From contig JBFMGU010000076.1 in the NCBI GenBank assembly GCA_040752415.1, positions 1 to 40,968 of the forward strand: DNA of 40,968 bases. The letters are read 5' to 3'. This DNA is from Myxococcota bacterium (lineage in GTDB: Bacteria > Myxococcota > JACRCW01). How positions within the stretch are numbered: position 1 is the first letter of the stretch; each line of letters starts with the position of its first letter. Below are positions 29,803 through 38,210 of the stretch, piece after piece. The notes beneath the pieces are model-generated. The model saw only the letters and a list, made by a program, of their open reading frames with translations. It was not told the origin of the DNA and did not search any database. A program made the position numbers and the translations under genes.

Positions 29803-30273
29803 ATGTACGGTTGGCCCTTCATGTGGGGTCGGCGTGCCGCGGCTTGCGGTGTGTCGGCTGGTTGCGGGACCTCGGCGGCGGCGCCGGGCCCGGAGAACAC
29901 CTGGTACTCAGAGATGGATGACCTCGGGAGCGGCAGCTTTGGCGTGCGGCGACCCCTGCGCTTCATGGCCCACAAGCTCCAGCTGTCCGAGAGCCAGGTG
30001 GCGCAGCTCGCCGCGATCCTCAACGACATCAAGACCGAGCGCGCCCAGGCCGCCGTCGACGATCGCAAGGTGGTCAATGAGTTCGCCTCGTTGTTCGCCG
30101 CCGAGAAGTTCGACGAGGCCCGCGCCAAGGAGATTGCGGCCGAGCGGGTGCGCATTGCGGAGCGGCTGAGGGACGCGGTGGTGCGCACGTTGTCCCGCAC
30201 GCACGCCATGCTGGAGCCCGGTCAGCGGGAGCGGCTGGCGTACCTGCTGCGCACCGGTGCGCTCACCATCTGA
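29803..30273 (+). CDS. Spy/CpxP-like (LTxxQ) helical protein
   Basis: KLQLSESQ...FDEARA...HAMLEPGQRERLA; GGAGG RBS. Confidence 0.75.
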   Translation: MYGWPFMWGRRAAACGVSAGCGTSAAAPGPENTWYSEMDDLGSGSFGVRRPLRFMAHKLQLSESQVAQLAAILNDIKTERAQAAVDDRKVVNEFASLFAAEKFDEARAKEIAAERVRIAERLRDAVVRTLSRTHAMLEPGQRERLAYLLRTGALTI

Positions 30274-30287
30274 AACGCCCGCAACGT

Positions 30288-30344
30288 CGGTAGACCCGGG
30301 GCGCTCGTCGCGCGGTGTGGCGGCGGGCGCCCCGCTACCGTTTC
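30288..30344 (+). terminator. GC-rich hairpin (terminator-like or REP-like)
   Basis: CGGTAG..CGGGGCGCTCGTCGC / GCGGCGGGCGCCCCG-CTACCG followed by TTTC, 15 bp after the stop at 30273. Confidence 0.55.
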
Positions 30345-30439
30345 TCGTCGGGGGACCTCAGGCGCCTCAGCCGCGCGAGCACCTCTGATCCGTCGGATGA
30401 TCGGGCTCGTGCGTGGGCCCAGGCGTGAACCGCCAGGGC

Positions 30440-30475
30440 CACAGCGCGCTGTGATGACCTCACAGGACCCGTGAG
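30440..30475. promoter_or_regulatory. Double-palindrome site, copy 1
   Basis: CACAGCGCGCTGTG-atgac-CTCACAGGACCCGTGAG; same architecture and spacing as 32864-32899. Confidence 0.65.
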
Positions 30476-30595
30476 CCCACGCGGCAGCGATCGCCCATCC
30501 CATGTCCGCGGGTCATGCCGTTCGCCGCGCCGGTACCTGCAAGGCGCCTTGCACCGCCAGCAGGAAGTCTTGTTGCGCACGCGCCGCGGTCTGCC

Positions 30596-32077
30596 TCAGA
30601 CCTCCGCCGCGCGCGCCAGCTGCACGTCTTCATCCGGCACGTGGAACCCATTCTCATCAAACAGCCGCAGGTCCCACTCACGCTGCCCCGCCCTCACCGT
30701 GCACCGCTGGACCCGCGACCACGGGTCACTCCATCCGGGCGCGCTGCCGCACACCACCTCCAGGGGTACGCCCCGCTGGTAGGCCGTGGCCTTCATCCCA
30801 TGCAGGGTCACCTCGTCCCGGTGGCACCACGGCACCGGGATGTGCTCATCCAGGAATCCCCACCTCAGCCGCACGTACCCGTGCAGACGCCCGTACTGGT
30901 AGTAGGCCAGCAACGCCTTGGCGTCCGCTTCCAGGCGCCGGATGAAGCGGGTCTGGTCCCCCGCGCGCAGGTACGCGGTGAGCTTGCCCGCGTCGCCAAA
31001 GGGCCGCCCGATGCCGCACGACCCCAGCAGCAGCAGCGGGGTGGTGATCTTCAGGACCCGCCCTCGCTGGTTGAGCTTGATGGTCTTTTGCGGGGGGCCC
31101 AGCTCCGCCAGCGGTCGCCGTTCCGCGTCCAGACCCAGCCCGGTCAGCGCGGTGCGCACCTCCAGTCCTGCTACCACGTCGTAGGCGTCCAGCTCCCCGG
31201 TGAGGTGCTGCAACCCAGGTCCACGCAGGGTCTTCAGCCTCCGCTCACCAACGTCGACGAGAACCACCGCCTCCGGCGCCCGCAGCGGGAAGGGATGGAT
31301 GATGACCCGGCGGAGTCGCGCCAGCTCGGCGGCGTGCAGCCTGCGCTGGTCTTCAATCTCCCGCATCCTCTGCTGTATCAGCGCGGGGTCTGGCCGCGGA
31401 GGCTGCGCACGGACCGACGCCAGCCGCTCCCGCACCGCGCGGCGCGCCGACGTCAACTCCGAGGTGCCTTCCACCGCCTCCCACTTCCCGTCGGAACGGA
31501 CGCGGATGGCGGAGCTCCGTTTTTCCAGGTGCGGTGCGGGCAGGTGGAAGGAGTGTTGCGCCGCCCGGGTGGCCACGAATTCACGGATGGACTCCGGGTC
31601 CTGCGCGCCGATGGCATCCACGACGGCCAAGGCCACGCGCTGCACGGACCAGCTCCACAGGGAGGCACCCCGCCACGCCTCGTCGAGTTCCGCCTCCGTC
31701 AGCGGTTCGTCCAGGGGGCGGGACGGCGGTGGCGCGGCGTGCACAAGGGGCAGGGGCTGTCGCTTGGGCGGTCGCAGACCCAGGATGAACAGGATGAGAT
31801 CAACCTCATCGTCATGGGCGTCCAGGCAGTACGTCTCGCCTTGCCGGTACACCGGCGGCCGGGCGGGCCGGCACTTCCTCAGTGACTCCAACGAAACCGG
31901 TGCCGGCGCGAGCCCCACCTCCTCGAAGCGCCGCGCAACCTCCGGCAGCGTCATGGGACCGCCACGTTCCAGCAACGCCACCAGGAGCAGCCGGAACGTG
32001 CTGGCCGCGGGGTGGGACCGCACCGCAGCGAGGGATGGCGGAGAGATGTTGAGGGCCTGACAGTAGGGATTGCTCAC
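30596..32077 (-). CDS. Hypothetical protein: two wHTH-like repeats plus a degenerate RNase H-like (YprB-type) region
   Basis: GTG 32077 after GAGGAG; LLVALLERGGPMTLPEVARRF; C-half RLEADAKALLAYYQYGRLHGYVRL...IPVPW; the domain call is an inference. Confidence 0.75.
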   Translation of the reverse strand: MSNPYCQALNISPPSLAAVRSHPAASTFRLLLVALLERGGPMTLPEVARRFEEVGLAPAPVSLESLRKCRPARPPVYRQGETYCLDAHDDEVDLILFILGLRPPKRQPLPLVHAAPPPSRPLDEPLTEAELDEAWRGASLWSWSVQRVALAVVDAIGAQDPESIREFVATRAAQHSFHLPAPHLEKRSSAIRVRSDGKWEAVEGTSELTSARRAVRERLASVRAQPPRPDPALIQQRMREIEDQRRLHAAELARLRRVIIHPFPLRAPEAVVLVDVGERRLKTLRGPGLQHLTGELDAYDVVAGLEVRTALTGLGLDAERRPLAELGPPQKTIKLNQRGRVLKITTPLLLLGSCGIGRPFGDAGKLTAYLRAGDQTRFIRRLEADAKALLAYYQYGRLHGYVRLRWGFLDEHIPVPWCHRDEVTLHGMKATAYQRGVPLEVVCGSAPGWSDPWSRVQRCTVRAGQREWDLRLFDENGFHVPDEDVQLARAAEV

Positions 32078-32160
32078 CGTGCTTCTCCTCTGGGTTTCCC
32101 AGCATGCCGCGGCATCCGCGCCGGTGGGACGGCCAACGCCGCTGCTCCCAGGATGGCAGC

Positions 32161-32811
32161 TCACTTCAAGCGCGTCAGCCGCGCGAGCACACCCTGATCC
32201 ATGTCGAGAACCACCCGGAAGCTGATGCCGTGGCGCCCACTGCGCGCGGTGACCGTGGCGCCGGAAAAGCCGTGCTGGCGCAACGCGGCCTGGGCCGTGC
32301 GGGCGGTGCGCCGCGCATCCGCGTCGGAGACGGAGCGCTTCCGGGTCGCCAACTTGCGCGTCAGGGCGTGCAGGTCGGTGGCGGTCCAGTCGGAGAGCGC
32401 CTTGCCGTCGATCTCCGCACGCCCGCTCAGCAACGCCTTGATGTCGGGGGCGTCGGGGTCGGCCCGCGCGTAACGCGTGATGGCATAGCATTTCTCCGCG
32501 CCCAGTTGGACGGCGTGCTCGCGCGGGATGTGCGTGACCACCTGGATGAGCTTCAGCGCCTGTGAATAACCGCCGAGGTTCTCCTCCTGCAGCATTTCGC
32601 GGAAGGTCTGGTAGCCAAGTGCCACGTAGAGCTGGTTGTTGTGGAGCTCACGGAGGCCCTCGCCCAGCTCGTAGAATGCGTCGGAGATGAGGCCGAGGTT
32701 GCGCCGGATGTGAGCCAGCACTTCCTGGGCGCGCTGGCGCTGAATGGCAAGGGCGCTCCTGCCTTGGTGCCTCAGGTCGGTCAGGGCGGTCGTTCTGCGG
32801 GTGTCGTTCAT
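32161..32811 (-). CDS. Putative DNA-binding protein, DUF3102 / Borrelia PF49 / Chlamydia pGP6-D-like
   Basis: FYELGEGLRELHNNQLYVALGYQTFREMLQEENLGGYSQALKLIQV; GAGGA RBS. Confidence 0.7.
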   Translation of the reverse strand: MNDTRRTTALTDLRHQGRSALAIQRQRAQEVLAHIRRNLGLISDAFYELGEGLRELHNNQLYVALGYQTFREMLQEENLGGYSQALKLIQVVTHIPREHAVQLGAEKCYAITRYARADPDAPDIKALLSGRAEIDGKALSDWTATDLHALTRKLATRKRSVSDADARRTARTAQAALRQHGFSGATVTARSGRHGISFRVVLDMDQGVLARLTRLK

Positions 32812-32863
32812 GGTGGCGGTTGTCCTCGCGGCGCCCGGCGATCCGCGCCGTGGCGGGGGCTGT

Positions 32864-32899
32864 CACAGCTCGCTGTGGAGATATCACAGCGCCTGTGAT
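32864..32899. promoter_or_regulatory. Double-palindrome site, copy 2 (candidate operator of 32161-32811)
   Basis: CACAGCTCGCTGTG-gagat-ATCACAGCGCCTGTGAT about 50 bp upstream of ATG 32811; extra CACAGC half-site at 32903. Confidence 0.7.
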
Positions 32900-33000
32900 T
32901 CGCACAGCCACCGGGGCGCGTACCCCAGCCGGCCCGCGGTCCCTCTCGCTCGCGCGCGCCTTGCGCCCTCCGGTGGGCGGGTCTACACGTCGTGGCGCAC

Positions 33001-36000
33001 ATGCGCTGCCACGCGTGCCACACCATCAACGCCTACCGCGCCAGCGCGTGCACGGCGTGCCGCAGCCCCCTCGAGGCGGCGTGTCCCTCGTGCGGGGAGG
33101 GCGTGCTCGGCACCTACCGCTTCTGCCCCGCGTGCGGGCAGCGCCTGGGGCAGTCCGCCAGCGGGGAGCGTCGTCAGGTCACCGTCCTGTTCGCGGACCT
33201 CACCGGTTACACCGCGCTCTCCAGCAAGCTGGACCCGGAAGAGACGCACGCGCTGCTCAACCGCTACTTTGACGTCGTGGACGCGGCGGTGCGACGGTAC
33301 GGTGGCCGCATTGACAAGCACATTGGCGACGCGGTGATGGCCGTCTTCGGCGCCCCGGTGGCCCACGCCAATGACCCCGAGCGCGCGGTGCGGGCCGCCC
33401 TGGACATCCACCGCGGCGTCTCCCAGCTGGACCCTCCCCTCAAGACGCACGCCGGCATTGCCAGCGGTACGGTGGTGGCCAGTGAGACCGGCAGCCACCA
33501 TCACCGCGAGTACACCGTGATTGGCGACGCGGTGAACCTGGCCGCGCGACTCATGGACAAGGCCGCCCCCGGCGAGACCGTGGTTGCCGACAACGTGAAG
33601 CTCTCCGTCGGTGCGCGCATCGCCTTCGGCGACCGGGGCGAGGTGCCGGTGAAGGGGCTGGCCCGGCCGGTGCGCATCTGGGCGCCCACGCACGTCGTGG
33701 AGGACCTGGGGGTGGACCTGGGGCCGCTGGTGGGACGGGAGTCCGAGCGCGCCCGCCTGGAGCAGGTGATCTCCGACGTGAAACAGGGCCACGGCGTGAC
33801 GGTGGTGCTGACCGGCGAGGCGGGCATTGGCAAGACGCGCGTGCTCGAGGAGCTCGTGGCCATGGCCACCGACGAGCGCGTGGTGAGCTGTCGGGCCTGG
33901 GTGCTGGATTTCGGCATGGCCAGCGGACAGGACGCCACGCGCGCGCTGGTGCGAGCCCTCCACGCCCGGGCCGGGGAGAGCCCCGAGGGGGCGCCCCAGG
34001 AAGGTCACCGCCGCCACCTGGCCGCGCTCCTGGACCTCCCGCTCTCCGAGCAGGATCGGATGTTGTTGTCCGCCATGGAGCCCGCGGCACGGCAACGGGG
34101 TGAGCGTGAGGCGCTGGTGGCGCTGGCCGAGCAGGCGTGCCGCGCGGGGCCGGTGGTCATCACCGTCGAGGACGTGCACGGAGCGGATGCGCCCCTGCTG
34201 GAATGCCTCACGGCGCTGGCGGCGTTGACCATGCGCGCGCCCCTGGTGGTGGCGGTCACCGCGCGCGCCGAGGCCTCCCGGTTGGTTGACGCGGCGTGGT
34301 TGGCGCGGGCGGAGTGTCGCGTGGTGGGCGTACCGCTGGGACCGCTGGACCGCGACGCCGCGCGTGCCATGGCCGCCGCTCATGCGGTGCCGGATGACGT
34401 CGTGGAGCTGTGCGTGGAGCGAGCGGGCGGCAACCCGTTCTTCCTGGAGCAGCTGTTGCGCAGCGGCGTGGATGGTGGCGCCACGGAGCTGCCGGGGTCC
34501 GTCCGCAGCGTGGTGCAGGCGCGCATGGACCGGCTCTCCCCCGTCGACCGCACCGCGTTGCAGGCGGCCGCCACGTTGGGCACCCGCTTCCCGCTGCGGG
34601 CGCTGCGCGCGGTGCTCAACAACGACGCGTACCACTGCCAGGAGCTGGAAGCGCATCACCTGGTGCGGTGCGTGGAGGAGCAGGTGGGCTTCACGCAGGC
34701 GCTGGTGCAGGAGACCGTCTACGCCACGTTGGTGCGCGCCACACGTTCGCAGTTCCACCAGCGCGCCGCGGAGCACCACGCCCATGACGCACCGCTGCGC
34801 GCCGAGCATCTTATTCGCGCGGAATCCCCGACCGCGGCGGAAGCGTGCGTGACGGCGGTGCAGGAACTGCTGGGCCACCATGAGCACCACCGCGCGCTGC
34901 GCCTCCTGGACCTGGCCGCGCGGGAGAAGGCCGCGGGCTCGCCGAGCGCCCGGTTCCAGCTGCGTGCGTTGCGGGGTGAGGTGCTGCGTGTGCTGGGTCG
35001 CGTGCCGGAGGCCATGGAGGAGGTGAGACACGCGCTGGAGCAGGCCACCCACGACGAGGAAAGGGTGCGCGCCTGGATCGGCATGGCGGAGTGCTACCGC
35101 GCCATTCATCGCGCCGAGGACGTGCTCCCCGTGCTGGACCACGCCGAGCCCCTGGCGCGTCAGCACGGCATGTTGCGCGCGCTGGCGGACATCCATCACC
35201 TTCGCGCCAATGCCGCCTTCACGCTCCGTCGGTACGAGGAGTGCGTGCGCGGTCACGAGCAGGCACGCGTGTTCTCGACGGAAGCGCGCTGGGTGGAGGG
35301 CCAGGTCCGGGCGCTGGGCGGCATGGGCGACGCGGCGCATCTCTCCGGCCACGCGGCGCTGTCCTGCCTGCGGTTCCGCGAGTGCGTGGCGTTGGCGCGC
35401 GCGCGCAATCTCGTCCGCGTGGAGGTGGCCAACGCACCCATGGTGGGATGGGCGGGGTTCTTTGACCTGCAGACCCTGGGGATGATCGACGAGATGGAGC
35501 AGGCGGCGCGGCGCGCTGGCCACGTGGGCAATCTCCGCGCGCAGGTGTTGGCGCAGCTGCTCCAGGGTCTCCTGCTGCTGGAACAGCATGACTTGGAGAA
35601 GGCGGTGCCGCTGCTGGAGGTGGCGCTGCAGACGTCGAGTCGCGCCGGCACTCCGTTGTTTGCCGTGGAAGGGCTGGTGTTCCTGTGCCGCGCCGCCATG
35701 TTGCAGGGTGACGTTGCGCGGGCCCGGGCACGGCTGGCGGAGGCGGCCAAGGTGTGCGAGCAGCCGTCGGTGCGCGCATTCAGTGGACCGTGGCTGGTCA
35801 GCGAGGAGCTACGCTACTGTGAGGACGCCGCCGAGCGCGCCCGTCTCCGACGTGAGGCCGAGGCGCTGGAGCCCGGGGCACCCGCCTTCATGAACCTCAT
35901 GTTCCGCGAGGCGTCCATCCGGCGCGCCGCGCAGGACGGGGAGGTGGACCTCCTGGAGCGTGACGCGGAGGCCGTGGCCGCCCAGCATGGGCCGGAGATG

Positions 36001-36174
36001 TCGCGCTACGCGCGCATGCTCTGGGTGTGGGCGCGCGGTGCCGCGTCCGCGCTGCGGGGTGAGCGCAACGCGGAGCTGATGCACGCGGTGCAGACGGTGG
36101 CGGAGCTGGCGGAGCGCGCCGGGCTGCGCGTCACCGCGGGAGCCATCCGTCGCACCACCGCGCTGCGCGCTTGA
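33001..36174 (+). CDS. Class III adenylate/guanylate cyclase with double zinc ribbon, STAND/AAA_16 ATPase and TPR-like C-terminus
   Basis: Four CxxC; ERRQVTVLFADLTGYT, DKHIGDAVMAVFGAP, YTVIGDAVNLAARL; GEAGIGKT; VEDVH; GGNPFFLEQL. Confidence 0.93.
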   Translation: MRCHACHTINAYRASACTACRSPLEAACPSCGEGVLGTYRFCPACGQRLGQSASGERRQVTVLFADLTGYTALSSKLDPEETHALLNRYFDVVDAAVRRYGGRIDKHIGDAVMAVFGAPVAHANDPERAVRAALDIHRGVSQLDPPLKTHAGIASGTVVASETGSHHHREYTVIGDAVNLAARLMDKAAPGETVVADNVKLSVGARIAFGDRGEVPVKGLARPVRIWAPTHVVEDLGVDLGPLVGRESERARLEQVISDVKQGHGVTVVLTGEAGIGKTRVLEELVAMATDERVVSCRAWVLDFGMASGQDATRALVRALHARAGESPEGAPQEGHRRHLAALLDLPLSEQDRMLLSAMEPAARQRGEREALVALAEQACRAGPVVITVEDVHGADAPLLECLTALAALTMRAPLVVAVTARAEASRLVDAAWLARAECRVVGVPLGPLDRDAARAMAAAHAVPDDVVELCVERAGGNPFFLEQLLRSGVDGGATELPGSVRSVVQARMDRLSPVDRTALQAAATLGTRFPLRALRAVLNNDAYHCQELEAHHLVRCVEEQVGFTQALVQETVYATLVRATRSQFHQRAAEHHAHDAPLRAEHLIRAESPTAAEACVTAVQELLGHHEHHRALRLLDLAAREKAAGSPSARFQLRALRGEVLRVLGRVPEAMEEVRHALEQATHDEERVRAWIGMAECYRAIHRAEDVLPVLDHAEPLARQHGMLRALADIHHLRANAAFTLRRYEECVRGHEQARVFSTEARWVEGQVRALGGMGDAAHLSGHAALSCLRFRECVALARARNLVRVEVANAPMVGWAGFFDLQTLGMIDEMEQAARRAGHVGNLRAQVLAQLLQGLLLLEQHDLEKAVPLLEVALQTSSRAGTPLFAVEGLVFLCRAAMLQGDVARARARLAEAAKVCEQPSVRAFSGPWLVSEELRYCEDAAERARLRREAEALEPGAPAFMNLMFREASIRRAAQDGEVDLLERDAEAVAAQHGPEMSRYARMLWVWARGAASALRGERNAELMHAVQTVAELAERAGLRVTAGAIRRTTALRA

Positions 36175-36545
36175 TGGCGCCGGGGGCCGCGGATCGTGGC
36201 GGGACCTGGGCCATCCCTTCAACGCCTCATCCGCGCACATGCGCAGCTCATCCGCGCTGGGCTGGCGACCGCCGAGCTCCGCCAGCGTGGCGGCCATCCA
36301 TTCACAGGCTTCCGGCACGGCCGGGAACACCTTGCACGGCCGCTTGCTGCGCGACGTCCAGGTGACGCCAACGACGTGACAGCGCCGTGACCCGCCGCAT
36401 GAGCACCTCGGTTTTGTCCCACGACATCGTCGTTGGTCAGCAAGCGCGGCCACCCCTCCTGCGGATGTCTCGCGTCGGTGTCCCGGATGAGCCGCAGCGT
36501 GGGCGACAACCCGCTGCCCGGACCGGCGTGGGCGTTGAGCTTGGC

Positions 36546-38048
36546 CTATCTACCGTGGCCTGGTGGCGACGCTCCGGTCGCTGGGACGTCGTCCTTCCCC
36601 TCGAGCCGCGGCTCGCTTCCCCCGAGTGACTCCCGCAAGCAGGCTGCGTCGAAGTAGGCCTGCGCGGAATCCGGCGTGAGCAGGGTGGTGAGCGCCCGCG
36701 GGCTCTCCGGTGGCACGCGCACCGTCACGACGGTGTCCGGTGGTGATGCCGCAAGCGCGGCCAGGTTCGCGCGCATGACGCTCGAGTAGCGGGGCAGTCG
36801 CGTGATGGCGTCGTAGCCGAGCGAGCGCATGTTGCCGTGCCCGTAGATCATGACGAGCATCAACCACGGAACCGCCGCCGCGACGCGTGGAGCGCGATCG
36901 GTGACACGTTGCACGAGCTCCGCGTGGGATGAGGCGAACCAGACCACGCCGTGGAGCCAGGCTCCCACGAGCCACCCCGTGATGAGACCGATGACGCGTG
37001 GCGGCACCCAGTAGTCCAGGGCCCACGCGCACGCCGCGTAGGCTCCCCAGGCCACGGCCACGACGGAGACCAGCCAGGCCAGGGGCCGCATCCGGTAGCG
37101 CGAAGGCGGCGCAGTGCGCGCGGCAACCAGCGCCAACCAGAACGTGCCCGTCCAGACCGCGGGGTCCGCGACCCAGTCGAGCACCATGTGATGGAGCTTC
37201 AGGAACGAGTACGCCAGCACCTTGACGACGGAGGGCTCCGCGGGCGCGACGCCGAGGCGAACGCTGTTGCCCGGCGCCAACACGTTGGTTACGAGGCCGG
37301 CAACACCCACCGCCGCGACGAGCCAGAGCGCCCTGGGAGGCTGCTTCCCGTTCAGGAACGACGCCAGCGCCAGCACGGCCACGAAACCCAGGCCCATCAG
37401 CCCCGCGAGCTCGTGCAGCGGCGCCAGCGCGGCAGCGGCGCACGCGGCCAGGGCCCACGCCCATCCGTGACGCCCGTCGGTGGCGGTGGCACGGTGCAGC
37501 GCGGCCATCAGCATCCAACTGACGGCGAGGGGCACGAGATACTCGCAAGCCCCCGTCAACCAGAAGAGCATCTCACCGACCTGGGGCGCGCGCGTGAGCA
37601 GGAAGAGGATGACCAGGCCCGCCGCCGCCGTGAGCTGGATCCGTCGCGCGGAGGGAAGCAGGGACCTCAGCAGCCCCATGGCCGAGAGGAACAGCAACAG
37701 GGCCCCCAGGCCGAGCGCCCACGGGTAGCCGCGAACAATGTCGGGGAACACCGCTCCCGTCGACACCGCCAACCCGATGCCGAGCCAGCGACCCGTCCAG
37801 GTCCGGTACTCCTCCCCGACAACCGTCAACACGTCCGACGTGCGCCCGCGATAGGTTCGGCACCAGTCGTCATGGGCCGGGAACGCGTCGACGACGTAGG
37901 CGAGCTGGATCGCGGCGCCCGCCAACAGCAGCATCGCGAGAGCGACGGCGAAGGCACGTCGTCCCGTCGACGGGAGCGCGTCCGCTTGTGGGGCAGCGTC
38001 GGAGGATGCGGGATGGACGGACGCCGGGTCCACCTTGCGGGCACTCAT
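36546..38048 (-). CDS. Multi-pass membrane protein, DUF6056 / GT-C glycosyltransferase-like
   Basis: P.HDDW, WTGRW, FWLTGACEY, LAPGNSVR, PPR motifs; about 11 TMs. Confidence 0.75.
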   Translation of the reverse strand: MSARKVDPASVHPASSDAAPQADALPSTGRRAFAVALAMLLLAGAAIQLAYVVDAFPAHDDWCRTYRGRTSDVLTVVGEEYRTWTGRWLGIGLAVSTGAVFPDIVRGYPWALGLGALLLFLSAMGLLRSLLPSARRIQLTAAAGLVILFLLTRAPQVGEMLFWLTGACEYLVPLAVSWMLMAALHRATATDGRHGWAWALAACAAAALAPLHELAGLMGLGFVAVLALASFLNGKQPPRALWLVAAVGVAGLVTNVLAPGNSVRLGVAPAEPSVVKVLAYSFLKLHHMVLDWVADPAVWTGTFWLALVAARTAPPSRYRMRPLAWLVSVVAVAWGAYAACAWALDYWVPPRVIGLITGWLVGAWLHGVVWFASSHAELVQRVTDRAPRVAAAVPWLMLVMIYGHGNMRSLGYDAITRLPRYSSVMRANLAALAASPPDTVVTVRVPPESPRALTTLLTPDSAQAYFDAACLRESLGGSEPRLEGKDDVPATGASPPGHGR

Positions 38049-38210
38049 GACGCGCTCACTTCAACCGCCCTCATCATCGCGGAACCGCCCGATGCGCTCG
38101 GACAAGGTGCACACCGTAGCACCGGATGCGCCCCGGGAAGGGTCCACCCGGCACTTGACCGCGAGGGAGCGGAACCCCATGACGGCCGCGCTGTCGTACC
38201 GAGGCGGACC

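Noticed and set aside
30450..30464. CRP box (TGTGA..TCACA)
   Set aside because: Spacer is 5 nt rather than 6 at both copies, and the site is better explained as the larger double palindrome
33001..36174. Cyclase-STAND protein as an anti-phage (Pycsar/Avs-like) system
   Set aside because: Common standalone signalling architecture with ATP-type specificity residues and no adjacent effector
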